Positions 29,442-39,331 of a stretch of DNA of 64,000 nt are shown one piece after another. Numbering within the stretch: the first letter of the stretch is position 1; each line of letters begins with the position of its first letter. Below the pieces are notes generated by a model. The model ran no database searches. It was not told the origin of the DNA and worked only from the letters and a program-made list of their open reading frames with translations. This stretch comes from an uncultured Muribaculaceae bacterium (GTDB taxonomy: Bacteria > Bacillota_I > Bacilli_A > RF39 > UBA660): NCBI GenBank assembly GCA_964473455.1, contig CAYYQX010000001.1, forward strand, positions 51,086 to 115,085. Reading direction: 5' to 3'. A program made the position numbers and the translations under genes.

Positions 29442-29636
29442 ATGAATATAAAAATTAATAAAGACAAATGTTTAACTTGTGGTATGTGTATAAGTACTTA
29501 TGATAATGTTTTCGAATGGGCTGACGATGGTTCTGTTAAGGTAAAAGATAACGTTGATTTAGCTTTTGTTAAAGAAAATAAAGATGAAATACTTGATGTT
29601 TGTCCTGCAGAAGCAATTGAAATTACTGAAAATTAA
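29442..29636 (+). CDS. small single-cluster ferredoxin
   Basis: MNIKINKDKCLTCGMC...VCPAEAI gives the CxxCxxC...CP cluster motif. GGAGG lies 5 nt upstream of ATG 29442; the track start is a TTG further upstream. Confidence 0.75.
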   Translation: MNIKINKDKCLTCGMCISTYDNVFEWADDGSVKVKDNVDLAFVKENKDEILDVCPAEAIEITEN

Positions 29637-29650
29637 AAAGAGTTAAAATT

Positions 29651-30610
29651 TTAACTCTTTTGTTTTGATTTTAAGTTTTCTAATCTGTCATTTAAATATT
29701 CATAAGCTTCTTCAAATTCACCAGTTTTTACTCTTTCACTTTGGCTAAAATATTGCCCGCCTGTTTTTACAAAGTTCTCTTTTAATGCCATCATTTGCTC
29801 TGGGCTTAATGGCGGATTGTTTTTTAAAACCATTAAATCAACTAATTTTTTATATATTTCTGGCAATGTGGTTGTTGGTGAGGCTTGGTACATATTATAT
29901 TGTAATGCATGATTTAATTCGTTTATAATTTTTCCATATTCTGTTTTTGCTTCACCAACATAACTTTCAGCTAAGCTGCTATAAAAGCTGCCGACAAACC
30001 CTCCAAATACCGCTTCTTCTAGCGGAATAAATTCTTTAATATTTGAGGCAGCTATTTTTGACAATAAATCTATTACGTGAAATTCATCATTCATATTTTG
30101 AAGTTTAAATAAAACATTAACAATTTGTTGAACTGCTCCTTCATATAAAGCTGCGTAAAAGCTATCTTTATTTGGAAATAATGTCTTCAACAAATTTTCT
30201 AAAACTTCTCCGTTTAGTTTTTCTGTTAATTCTTTTTTTCTTGCTTGATCTGTTTCTTGTTGTATTTCTAATATTGTTCTATTAAATCTATTTTGATTAT
30301 ACAAAACTTTGTTTTCTTTTGCTCCAAGTGTTTTGCCTTTAAATGATGTTACTTCTTCTGCATAGCTCATTTTTGAAACCGAAAGTTTTTTTAACTTGGT
30401 TTCTAATACAGCCATATTATCATCAAAATAAGGAAAAGCACGAAGAAAAACTTTTAAAACCAATCTTATGTGTGATTTTAAATTTTCATCACATTTCATT
30501 TGGTTAATAATATCATCAGTTCTACTAGAAACAGTAGCCTCCTTGTCTTGTAATGCAGGATTTTCCATTGCTCCTATTATTCTATCATTTATTTGTCCCA
30601 TAAATTTCAC
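29651..30610 (-). CDS. hypothetical protein (319 aa, apparently all-helical, cytoplasmic)
   Basis: Long ORF in the co-oriented gene array with no recognisable motifs. Confidence 0.55.
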   Translation of the reverse strand: MKFMGQINDRIIGAMENPALQDKEATVSSRTDDIINQMKCDENLKSHIRLVLKVFLRAFPYFDDNMAVLETKLKKLSVSKMSYAEEVTSFKGKTLGAKENKVLYNQNRFNRTILEIQQETDQARKKELTEKLNGEVLENLLKTLFPNKDSFYAALYEGAVQQIVNVLFKLQNMNDEFHVIDLLSKIAASNIKEFIPLEEAVFGGFVGSFYSSLAESYVGEAKTEYGKIINELNHALQYNMYQASPTTTLPEIYKKLVDLMVLKNNPPLSPEQMMALKENFVKTGGQYFSQSERVKTGEFEEAYEYLNDRLENLKSKQKS

Positions 30611-30669
30611 CTACCAATAATATAACACATTTATCCAAAATAAAAAAGTATCAATAGATACTTTTCTTA

Positions 30670-31854
30670 TTATTTTATAATTTCTGAAATGTTTCCAGAA
30701 CCAACTGTTCTTCCACCCTCACGAATAGAGAACTTAGTTCCGTTTTCAATCGCAATTGGCGCGATTAATTCTACTGTCATGTCAACATTATCTCCTGGCA
30801 TAACCATTTCAACTCCAGCAGGAAGTTCAATAACTCCTGTTACATCTGTAGTTCTGAAATAAAATTGTGGACGGTAGTTTGTGAAGAATGGAGTATGTCT
30901 TCCGCCTTCTTCTTTTGATAAAACATATACTTGTGCTTTAAATTTTGTATGAGGTGTAACTGTTCCTGGTTTTGCAAGAACTTGTCCTCTTTCAACATCT
31001 TCTCTGTTTATACCACGAAGAAGAACTCCAGCATTATCTCCACTTTCTGCAAAATCAAGTTGTTTTCTAAACATTTCTATTCCAGTAACAACTGCTTTTA
31101 CAGTAGGTTTGATACCAACTACTGCTACTTCATCATTAAGTTTTAATTGTCCTCTTTCAACACGGCCTGTAACAACTGTCCCACGACCTGTTATAGTAAA
31201 TACATCTTCGATTGGCATTAAGAATGGTTTATCATTGTCTCTTACTGGTGTTTCGATCCAAGTATCAACTGCATCCATAAGTTCATCGATTTTTTTAGAC
31301 CAAGTTGCATCTCCTTCAAGAGCTTTTAGAGCTGAACCTCTAATAACTGGTGTATTTGCTCCATCAAATTTATATGTAGTTAATAATTCACGAATTTCCA
31401 TTTCAACTAAATCAAGTAATTCTTCATCATCAACCATATCGCATTTGTTCATAAATACAACCATACGAGGTACTCCTACTTGTCTTGAAAGTAAGATGTG
31501 TTCTCTTGTTTGAGCCATTGGGCCATCTGTTGCAGCAATAACTAGTATTGCTCCATCCATTTGAGCTGCTCCTGTAATCATATTTTTTACATAGTCAGCG
31601 TGTCCTGGACAGTCAACGTGAGCATAATGTCTCTTGTCTGTTGAATATTCGATATGTGCGGTATTAATTGTAATACCACGTTCTCTTTCTTCTGGGGCTT
31701 TATCAATGTTATTGAAATCTACTTTTTCATTGCCGTTTTTTCCAGCTAAATGAGCTGAAATAGCAGCTGTTAATGTTGTTTTTCCATGATCTACGTGTCC
31801 AATTGTACCAATGTTAACATGTGGTTTTGAACGATCAAATTTTTGTTTTGCCAT
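30670..31854 (-). CDS. tuf: elongation factor Tu
   Basis: [18 protein letters not shown] and NKCD GTPase motifs; full-length EF-Tu. Confidence 0.98.
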   Translation of the reverse strand: MAKQKFDRSKPHVNIGTIGHVDHGKTTLTAAISAHLAGKNGNEKVDFNNIDKAPEERERGITINTAHIEYSTDKRHYAHVDCPGHADYVKNMITGAAQMDGAILVIAATDGPMAQTREHILLSRQVGVPRMVVFMNKCDMVDDEELLDLVEMEIRELLTTYKFDGANTPVIRGSALKALEGDATWSKKIDELMDAVDTWIETPVRDNDKPFLMPIEDVFTITGRGTVVTGRVERGQLKLNDEVAVVGIKPTVKAVVTGIEMFRKQLDFAESGDNAGVLLRGINREDVERGQVLAKPGTVTPHTKFKAQVYVLSKEEGGRHTPFFTNYRPQFYFRTTDVTGVIELPAGVEMVMPGDNVDMTVELIAPIAIENGTKFSIREGGRTVGSGNISEIIK

Positions 31855-31925
31855 ATTTATTCCTCCTTTATTTCGTTACATAATCCATTTTATAACAACT
31901 AATCAAAAATGGCAAGTATTTTTAA

Positions 31926-33995
31926 CTAGTTAGCGCTATTTTTCTTGATAATATCTTCTGCTATATTTTTTGGAACTTCTTCATAGTGATCAAATTCCAT
32001 TACAAATGTTCCTCGACCTTGAGTATTACTTCTTAAGCTAGTAGCATACCCAAACATTTCCGCAAGAGGTACCATTGCATCAATTGCAAGAGCATTTCCG
32101 CGTGATTCTTGTCCAAGAGGTCTGCCTCTTCTTGATGTTACATCTCCCATAACATTTCCTAAATATTCATCAGGAACAACAATTTGTACTTTCATTATTG
32201 GTTCTTTTAGAACTGGTTTACATTTGCTTCTTGCTTCTTTTAAAGCTAATGATGCGGCTATTTTAAATGCCATTTCAGATGAGTCAACATCGTGGTAAGA
32301 ACCATCATATAATGTTGCTTTAACATCTATCATAGGGTAGCCTGCAACTATTCCTGACTTCATTGCTTCTTGGAGTCCTTTATCTACTACTGGAATATAT
32401 TCCCTTGGAACAATTCCACCAACTACTTTATCAACAAATTCATATCCTTTGTCTGGATTTGGTTCAAATTTTACCCAAACATGTCCATATTGTCCACGTC
32501 CTCCAGATTGTTTGATATATCTACCTTCGCAGTCTCCTGCTACTGTTAGTGTTTCACGATATGATACTTGAGGTTTACCAACATTTGCTTCAACATTAAA
32601 CTCACGTCTCATTCTGTCTACAATAATGTCAAGATGAAGTTCTCCCATTCCGGCAATTATTGTTTGTCCTGTTTCATGATTTGTACTTGCTTTAAATGTT
32701 GGATCTTCTTCGCTTAATTTTTGAAGTGCAACTCCCATTTTGTCTTGATCTGCTTTTGATTTTGGTTCAACAGCAAGTTCAATAACTGGTTCTGGAAATT
32801 TCATACTCTCTAATATTACAGCTTTTTTTTCATCGCATAGAGTATCACCTGTTGTTGTGTCTTTTAGACCAACGGCTGCAGCTATATCTCCTGCAAAAAC
32901 TTCTGCTGTTTCTGTTCGGTTATTTGCATGCATTAATAATATTCTTCCAATTCTTTCTTTACCATTTTTTGTAGCATTTAATACATATGAACCACTACTT
33001 AAATGTCCTGAATAAACTCTAAAGAAAGTTAATCTTCCAACATAAGGGTCAGTCATTACTTTAAATGCTAAAGCACTAAAAGGTTCTGAATCTGATGGAT
33101 GTCTTACTACTTCATTGCCGTCTAAATCAACACCTTTAATTGATTCTACATCAAGTGGTGATGGTAAATAGTCAATTACAGAATCTAATAAAAATTTAAC
33201 ACCTTTATTTCCTAAGGCTGTTCCACATAATATTGGGAAAAATTTTACTTCTAGCGTTCCTTTACGAATAGCTTTTTTGATTAGCTCAATAGGCATCTCT
33301 TCATCAGCTAAATATTTTTCCATTAATTCATCGTCAAATTCAGCTACAGCTTCAATTAAATCTTTACGTTTTGTTGTAACTATTTCTACTAAATCTGATG
33401 GAATTGCAATTTCCTCTAAGTTTTCTTCTTCATCTAGAAAACGATAAGCTTTTTGAGTTAATATATCAACAAATCCATTAAATTCGTTTTCTGCTCCGAT
33501 TGGCCATTCAATTGGTTGAGCACTAACTCCTAAACGGTCTTTTATTGATTTTAAACAAAATTCAATACTTGCTCCAACTTTATCCATTTTATTAATGAAT
33601 ATTAAGCGTGGAACTTTAAATTCTGTTGCTTGACGCCAAACTGTTTCTGTTTGTGGTTGAACACCATCACTGGCGCTAAGTAGAGCTACTGCTCCATCTA
33701 AAACACGAAGTGATCTTGATACTTCAACTGTAAAATCAACATGCCCTGGAGTATCTATTATATTTAAACGGTGTCCCTTCCAAAAAGCTGTAGTTGCGGC
33801 TGAAGTAATTGTTATACCACGTTCTTGTTCTTGTTCCATCCAGTCCATTGTTGCAGTACCTTCATGTACTTCACCAATTTTATGAATTCTTCCGGTATAA
33901 TATAGGATTCTCTCTGTACAAGTAGTTTTACCTGCATCAATATGAGCCATTATACCAAAATTTCTGGTTTTTTCTAATGTATATTCACGAGCCAT
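31926..33995 (-). CDS. fusA: elongation factor G
   Basis: [17 protein letters not shown] and NKMD motifs. Full EF-G domain set, in str operon order. Confidence 0.98.
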   Translation of the reverse strand: MAREYTLEKTRNFGIMAHIDAGKTTCTERILYYTGRIHKIGEVHEGTATMDWMEQEQERGITITSAATTAFWKGHRLNIIDTPGHVDFTVEVSRSLRVLDGAVALLSASDGVQPQTETVWRQATEFKVPRLIFINKMDKVGASIEFCLKSIKDRLGVSAQPIEWPIGAENEFNGFVDILTQKAYRFLDEEENLEEIAIPSDLVEIVTTKRKDLIEAVAEFDDELMEKYLADEEMPIELIKKAIRKGTLEVKFFPILCGTALGNKGVKFLLDSVIDYLPSPLDVESIKGVDLDGNEVVRHPSDSEPFSALAFKVMTDPYVGRLTFFRVYSGHLSSGSYVLNATKNGKERIGRILLMHANNRTETAEVFAGDIAAAVGLKDTTTGDTLCDEKKAVILESMKFPEPVIELAVEPKSKADQDKMGVALQKLSEEDPTFKASTNHETGQTIIAGMGELHLDIIVDRMRREFNVEANVGKPQVSYRETLTVAGDCEGRYIKQSGGRGQYGHVWVKFEPNPDKGYEFVDKVVGGIVPREYIPVVDKGLQEAMKSGIVAGYPMIDVKATLYDGSYHDVDSSEMAFKIAASLALKEARSKCKPVLKEPIMKVQIVVPDEYLGNVMGDVTSRRGRPLGQESRGNALAIDAMVPLAEMFGYATSLRSNTQGRGTFVMEFDHYEEVPKNIAEDIIKKNSAN

Positions 33996-34010
33996 AAAAT
34001 TCCTTCCTAA

Positions 34011-34478
34011 CTACCAACGATAATGAGCAAATGCTTTGTTTGCTTCTGCCATCCTGTGTGTATCTTCTCTTTTTTTAACTGATCCACCTATTCCGTTTGC
34101 TGCATCTATTATTTCATTTGCTAAGTTTTCAGCCATACTGTGGCCTCCTCTTAGTCTAGCGTATTGTATTAACCATCTTAGTGCAAGGGATTGTTTTCTA
34201 TCTCCTCTAACTTCTATTGGAACTTGATAGTTTGCTCCTCCTACACGGCGGCTCTTTACTTCTAAAGATGGTGAAATATTTTCTAATGCTTTTTCAAAAA
34301 CTTCAATTGGATCTTTACTTGTTTTTTCTTTGATAGCATCAAAGGCATCGTAAAGAATTGCACTTGCTGTTCCTTTTTTTCCACCAATCATCATACGATT
34401 AATTAATTTTGTAACAACTTTTGATTTATATATTGGATCTATTAAAACATCTCTTTTTTCAGCACGTTTTTTACGCAT
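34011..34478 (-). CDS. rpsG: 30S ribosomal protein S7
   Basis: Typical S7 sequence ([18 protein letters not shown]..., ends AFAHYRW). Confidence 0.97.
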   Translation of the reverse strand: MRKKRAEKRDVLIDPIYKSKVVTKLINRMMIGGKKGTASAILYDAFDAIKEKTSKDPIEVFEKALENISPSLEVKSRRVGGANYQVPIEVRGDRKQSLALRWLIQYARLRGGHSMAENLANEIIDAANGIGGSVKKREDTHRMAEANKAFAHYRW

Positions 34479-34492
34479 AATATTTCTCCCTT

Positions 34493-34909
34493 CTACTTAC
34501 TCTTTGGTCTTTTCGAACCATATTTACTACGGCCTTGACGACGAGCATCAATTCCGGCTGTATCTAATGTTCCACGAACAATATGATAACGAACTCCAAT
34601 TAAGTCTTGTACACGTCCTCCACGGATTAAAACAACGCTGTGTTCTTGAAGGTTATGACCTTCTCCGGGAATGTACGCTGTAACTTCCATCCCATTTGAA
34701 AGTCTAACACGCGCATATTTTCTTAACGCTGAGTTTGGCTTCTTTGGGGTTCTTGTTCCAACACGCACACACACTCCACGTTTTTGTGGTGAATTTAGCT
34801 TTGTAGTTACTTTATCTTTACTATTAAAGCCTTTTTCTAGTGCTGGTGACTTACTCTTTCTTGTTTTACTTACTCTTCTTTTTCTTACTAATTGGTTTAT
34901 TGTAGGCAT
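34493..34909 (-). CDS. rpsL: 30S ribosomal protein S12
   Basis: [12 protein letters not shown]...[10 protein letters not shown]. Start set at ATG 34907-34909 (AAGGAG upstream); the track ORF is extended by 8 codons. Confidence 0.97.
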   Translation of the reverse strand: MPTINQLVRKRRVSKTRKSKSPALEKGFNSKDKVTTKLNSPQKRGVCVRVGTRTPKKPNSALRKYARVRLSNGMEVTAYIPGEGHNLQEHSVVLIRGGRVQDLIGVRYHIVRGTLDTAGIDARRQGRSKYGSKRPKSK

Positions 34910-34998
34910 AAGATCTCCTTTCTTTACACACATCCAGGTGTTTCATATGACTTTTAAATTTAAGATTTACCTGAGTAAACCTTAATAAAATCTATCTA

Positions 34999-35027
34999 AT
35001 AATAGCATCAAAATTTATACTAGTCAA
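34999..35027 (-). promoter_or_regulatory. sigma-A promoter of the str operon (rpsL-rpsG-fusA-tuf)
   Basis: Minus strand TTGACT (35027-35022), 17-nt spacer, TATTAT (35004-34999). Leader of about 80 nt before rpsL. Confidence 0.6.
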
Positions 35028-35034
35028 TAGTTTT

Positions 35035-35688
35035 TTAAAATTTTTGACTTTCACTTATATTTTCTTTAAATTTATAGAGTTTCGCTGGTCTCCCTAAGCT
35101 TCTCTCCCTTTTATGTCCTGTGTTTTCTATAATATTTAAATCGAAAAGCTTTTTCCTAAAATTTCTTCTGTCTAACTGTGTGAATGCTAAATTTTCATAT
35201 GTTTTTTGTAAATCCGGAATAGTAAATTCACTTGGAAAAAACGCTTTCATTATTTCTAAATGTTTTACTTTTTGTTTAATAACATTAATCATGTATTCTA
35301 ATATTTCATTATGGTCAAAACCCATTTTGGGTAAGTTCTTCATATTGAACCAAGCCAGCTCTAGGTTTGTATTAATCGTCTTTAATTTTACAGTAACATT
35401 GTCTACTAGTCCAATAAAAGTTACTGCGATTTGTCTTTTTTCTGGATTTCTTGCTAAACTACTAAATACTCGGCATTGCTCATCATTAATGTTTGGCAAT
35501 CCTGCTTGGTTGACAATAACACTTTTTACATTATCTTCTAGTGTTTCAAGTTCATCTAAGTCTTTCCCCAGCAATATCCAATGTCCTTTATAAGGTTCTT
35601 GATTTTGCTTTGTTAGAAGAATTTTAATCTCGCCATCTTCTACTGTAAATATACCTATTAAACTTTCAATACTTATGTTGTTTTTCAT
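35035..35688 (-). CDS. NrtR-like regulator: degenerate Nudix domain fused to a C-terminal winged helix
   Basis: C-terminal LDRRNFRKKLFDLNIIENTG...GRPAKLYKF matches the NrtR-family wHTH pattern. The N-terminal Nudix-fold region lacks a canonical Nudix box (GKDLDELETLEDNVKSVIVNQAG). Start set at ATG 35686-35688 with AAGGAG upstream. Confidence 0.55.
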   Translation of the reverse strand: MKNNISIESLIGIFTVEDGEIKILLTKQNQEPYKGHWILLGKDLDELETLEDNVKSVIVNQAGLPNINDEQCRVFSSLARNPEKRQIAVTFIGLVDNVTVKLKTINTNLELAWFNMKNLPKMGFDHNEILEYMINVIKQKVKHLEIMKAFFPSEFTIPDLQKTYENLAFTQLDRRNFRKKLFDLNIIENTGHKRERSLGRPAKLYKFKENISESQKF

Positions 35689-35700
35689 AAGACTCCTTTT

Positions 35701-35750
35701 GTGTTTAAAAAACACTATATTAGTTTATAGTGTTTAGTGTGATTTGTCAA
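35701..35750 (-). promoter_or_regulatory. overlapping secG terminator hairpin and candidate promoter/operator of the NrtR-like gene
   Basis: Minus strand CACTATA-AACTAA-TATAGTG (35732-35713) followed by TTTTTT. TTGACA (35750-45), 17 nt, TAAACT (35727-22) overlaps the hairpin. A second palindrome GTGTTT-N3-AAACAC is at 35701-35715, and a further GTGTTT half-site is at 35730. Confidence 0.5.
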
Positions 35751-35754
35751 TTTT

Positions 35755-35967
35755 TTAGAATCCTTGTACAAAACAAAGCGCTAAAAATACAACCCCCGTT
35801 ACATAGGTAAGCCTTGTCATAAACAATTCTCCGCCTCTTTCTTTTCTGTTAGCAAAAGTCGAATCAACAGCTCCTGTAAATATTCCACTGTTTCCTTCGG
35901 CCTTACCACTTTGAAGTAAAACTAAAGAAACAAGTACAATTGCCACTATTATTAATAAAATACTCAT
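35755..35967 (-). CDS. secG: preprotein translocase subunit SecG
   Basis: 70-aa two-TM protein with the LLQSGKAEG motif typical of SecG. Confidence 0.8.
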   Translation of the reverse strand: MSILLIIVAIVLVSLVLLQSGKAEGNSGIFTGAVDSTFANRKERGGELFMTRLTYVTGVVFLALCFVQGF

Positions 35968-36016
35968 ACATTGTCCTCCAAATCAAATCTTATTTTAGCA
36001 AACTTTTCTAATTAAA

Positions 36017-36709
36017 TCAATGTTTTAAAGTGCTTTCAAGAGCAATTAAGATCATTTTATTAAATTGTGTTTCTCTTTCTTCTGCGCTTGCTTTTTCTTT
36101 TGTAACTAAATTATCAGATACGGTAAGAATACTGGTTGCTTTTTTATTAAAAGATTTAGCAATATAAAACAAGGCAAAACTTTCCATTTCTGAACCCATT
36201 GCTTTGTATTCATTATATATTTGTTCTGGAGATTCACAACCATAAAAAACATCTGCTGTATATATTCTCCCTACTCGAATATTTTGGTCAACTTCTAATA
36301 TTTTTTTGTTTAACTCTTCACTTGCTTCAACTATTTTTACATCTTTTCCGTTGTAGTTATTCGCAAACGTAGAAGAAGTTACTGCTTCACTTGCCAAAAC
36401 AACGTCATATAAATTTAAATCTTTTGTGGCTGAACCAATTGTTCCTACTCTAATAATTGTATCAACATCATAAAAATTAAATAACTCATAGGCATATATG
36501 CCAATACTTGGCATACCCATTCCTGATGCCATTACTGTAATTCTTTTTTCTTTGTAAAATCCAGTATAAGCAAACATGTTTCTAACTTTATTAACTAGTT
36601 TATAGTCTTTCAAATAAGTTTCTGCAATATATTTTGCTCTTAACGGATCTCCTGGCATTAATACAATTTGAGCAATATCTTCTTTTTTTGCTTCAATATG
36701 TGGTGTCAT
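36017..36709 (-). CDS. deoD: purine nucleoside phosphorylase, DeoD type
   Basis: MTPHIEAKKEDIAQIVLMPGDPLRAKYIAE, SGMGMPS and EMESFALF motifs. Confidence 0.92.
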   Translation of the reverse strand: MTPHIEAKKEDIAQIVLMPGDPLRAKYIAETYLKDYKLVNKVRNMFAYTGFYKEKRITVMASGMGMPSIGIYAYELFNFYDVDTIIRVGTIGSATKDLNLYDVVLASEAVTSSTFANNYNGKDVKIVEASEELNKKILEVDQNIRVGRIYTADVFYGCESPEQIYNEYKAMGSEMESFALFYIAKSFNKKATSILTVSDNLVTKEKASAEERETQFNKMILIALESTLKH

Positions 36710-36732
36710 AAAATACCTCCATTATTTTTTGC

Positions 36733-38040
36733 TTAAGGATTTAATCTTGTTGGCCCTCTATAAATAAATGTTGCTTCTCTAATATTATCAATTTCAAATA
36801 TGCGCATTAATATTCTTCCCATCCCTGTTCCGAATCCACCATGAGGTGGGCAACCATATCTGAAAAAATTTATGTAAAAATCTAAGTCTTTTGGATTAAT
36901 TCCTTTTTCTTCTATTTGTTTAGTAAGAATTTCTGGTCTGTGTTCTCTTTGTGCTCCGCTAGTTATTTCTAATCCTTTGAAAAGTAGATCAAAAGTTTCT
37001 GTTTTTTCACCATTTTTCATTACATAAAAGCTTCTTGTCGAATATGGAAAATTAGTTATAAAAACAAAATCTGAATTATGTTTTTCTTTAGCATATTTTC
37101 CAATTAGTTCTTCTTCTTTTCTGTCAAAATCTTCACTGTTCTCACCCGTATAATTATAAGTTGTTTTAATAATTTCTTTAGCATCTTTAAATTCTATTCT
37201 TGGAAAAGGTTTTGTAACATCACTTACTTCAACATTAAATGTTTGTTTTATTTCCTCACCATGTTTTTCTTTAAGTTTTGTCATAAAATAGCGAACCCAA
37301 TTTTCTTCTTCATTCATAACATCTTCTACTGAGTCAATATAAGCTATTTCAACATCTAACATTTCTATTTCTGCTGCGTGATAGCTTGTATGTGAATTCT
37401 CTGCTCGATATACCAATCCTATTTCAAATACTTTTTCAAAGCCAGAAGCTAGTGCCATTTGTTTATAAAACTGCGGTGATTGGCTTAAGCAAGCAGCTTT
37501 CCCAAAGTAGTCTATTTTAAACATCTCTGCTCCGCTTTCAGCAGCTGAAGCTGATATTTTTGGTGTATGAATTTCTGTATAATTATTATTTATCCAGTAT
37601 TCTCTCATCATACTTTCAATATAGCTTTGACATCTAAATAAAAGTTGATTTTCGCTTCTTCTAAGATCTAAAAATCTGTTATCTAGTCTTGTTTCTCTAG
37701 AACTGTTCTCTTTGTTTTTTATATCTATTGGTAATTCAGGAAGAGATACACTTGTAACTTCTACATTACTCGGAATAAATTCTATTCCTCCTAATTTTAC
37801 TTTTTCATTTTGATTTAATACTCCCCTTACCTTAATAGTACTTTCTAAAGTGATGTTTGAACACATTTCAGCTATTTCTTTATTGCTTTCTTTTTCAACT
37901 GTTATTTGTACTTTCCCTGTTCCATCTCTTAAAACAATAAAAAGAACCCATTGTAAATTTCTAATATTATCTATGAAACCATCAATAGTTATTTCTTTTC
38001 CAATATAATTATTTAAGTCCTTCATTAAAATTTTTCTCAT
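36733..38040 (-). CDS. aspS: aspartyl-tRNA synthetase, archaeal-like type 2
   Basis: 435 aa. N-terminal OB fold. Class IIb motifs FRCQSYIE, EITSGAQREH and GCPPHGGFGTGMGRILM. The C-terminal ...RGPTRLNP is characteristic of short AspRS rather than AsnRS. Confidence 0.75.
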   Translation of the reverse strand: MRKILMKDLNNYIGKEITIDGFIDNIRNLQWVLFIVLRDGTGKVQITVEKESNKEIAEMCSNITLESTIKVRGVLNQNEKVKLGGIEFIPSNVEVTSVSLPELPIDIKNKENSSRETRLDNRFLDLRRSENQLLFRCQSYIESMMREYWINNNYTEIHTPKISASAAESGAEMFKIDYFGKAACLSQSPQFYKQMALASGFEKVFEIGLVYRAENSHTSYHAAEIEMLDVEIAYIDSVEDVMNEEENWVRYFMTKLKEKHGEEIKQTFNVEVSDVTKPFPRIEFKDAKEIIKTTYNYTGENSEDFDRKEEELIGKYAKEKHNSDFVFITNFPYSTRSFYVMKNGEKTETFDLLFKGLEITSGAQREHRPEILTKQIEEKGINPKDLDFYINFFRYGCPPHGGFGTGMGRILMRIFEIDNIREATFIYRGPTRLNP

Positions 38041-38125
38041 GAATCTTTCCCTTCTATATAAAAAACCCTAAGATATAAGGATTAATTATTGTGTTTATCC
38101 CTTAACTTGCAGGGTTTATATCAAC

Positions 38126-38602
38126 TTATAAATTATTTCTAAATTCTTTTAGATTTTTTAAAAATTGTTCATTTTTTTCTTTTTCTAAATCTTCTTGTCT
38201 TCCATATATTGGCGAGATAAAGACACTGTTTTTAAATTTTTTCTCTTCTGTTCCAATGACTTCTGGTTTTAGTTCTTCCTGAGAAACTAAACTAGGTGTT
38301 GAAACACTTTTTACTTTGACAAGTTCATCATAACTAATGATCGCCGTTTGTTCTTGTTCATCCTCATAGCCATACGTTTTGTCGACGTTTTCTTCTAATG
38401 TCTTTTGCATTTTATCAATGACTTCATCTAGTTCTACAGCTTTGCTTGGAACTTCTTTTTCCACTTTTATTTGTTTTTTTTGCTTTTTATTGATTATTAT
38501 TGTTGTAAGTAAATAGCTAAGTAGAATTAAACCTATTATAAATACAATAATAGCTAATATTAATATTTTGTTGTCATCAAAAACCTTTATAAATTCTTGC
38601 AT
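38126..38602 (-). CDS. hypothetical membrane-anchored protein
   Basis: N-terminal TM helix (ILILAIIVFIIGLILLSYLLTTIII) and an acidic cytoplasmic or extracellular tail. Starts 3 nt after rsmE. Confidence 0.55.
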   Translation of the reverse strand: MQEFIKVFDDNKILILAIIVFIIGLILLSYLLTTIIINKKQKKQIKVEKEVPSKAVELDEVIDKMQKTLEENVDKTYGYEDEQEQTAIISYDELVKVKSVSTPSLVSQEELKPEVIGTEEKKFKNSVFISPIYGRQEDLEKEKNEQFLKNLKEFRNNL

Positions 38603-38605
38603 ATC

Positions 38606-39331
38606 TCATCTCTCCATATAAATATAGTTTAAAATACTTAAAACAAATATTGGAACTGTTTCTACTCTAAGTATTCTGTTACCTAGAGAAACACTTTTAA
38701 ATCCTTTTTCGTTAAGTATTTTTTCTTCTATACTAGTTAACCCACCTTCGGGTCCAATTACTACACATATACTATCACATTTTAACGAATTTGAAAATAT
38801 TTTTGCTAAATTTGTACTTTTTTCTTTTGTACTACAAACTATCTTAAGTTCATCAACCACATCTATTTCTATTAATTTTTTTATATCTAAAATTGTTGGA
38901 ACTGTATTTCTTTTGGCTTGTTCACTAGCTTCTTTGACAATTTTTTCCCATCTGGTTATTTTTTTTACATAATCTTTTTCATTTAATTTGACAAGTGTCC
39001 GGTCAGTAAAAACCGGGATAATTTTATTTACGCCTAGCTCTGTGCTCTTTTGAAGAATAAGATCCATTTTTTGTTCTTTAACAATTGGAACTACTAAAGT
39101 AATTGGCAAAATTTTTTGAAGTTCTTGTTTTTCTTCTTCTATTTTTATAAAAATATTTTCTTTTATAAAGTCTATATAACAAATATATAGTTTTTCTTCA
39201 TAAATAACTTCTATTTTATCTTTTGCTTTCATTCGCATAACTTTTGTTATGTGCCTTATATCTTTTTCATCTAAAATAAACTCGTTATTTTTTTTTGAAA
39301 TAGCAAAGTATCTTTGTAGATTATTCTTCAT
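38606..39331 (-). CDS. rsmE: 16S rRNA (uracil1498-N3)-methyltransferase
   Basis: QRYFA N-terminus, HITKVMRMK, QKSTELGV, GPEGGL and LGNRILRVETV motifs of RsmE. Confidence 0.88.
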   Translation of the reverse strand: MKNNLQRYFAISKKNNEFILDEKDIRHITKVMRMKAKDKIEVIYEEKLYICYIDFIKENIFIKIEEEKQELQKILPITLVVPIVKEQKMDLILQKSTELGVNKIIPVFTDRTLVKLNEKDYVKKITRWEKIVKEASEQAKRNTVPTILDIKKLIEIDVVDELKIVCSTKEKSTNLAKIFSNSLKCDSICVVIGPEGGLTSIEEKILNEKGFKSVSLGNRILRVETVPIFVLSILNYIYMER

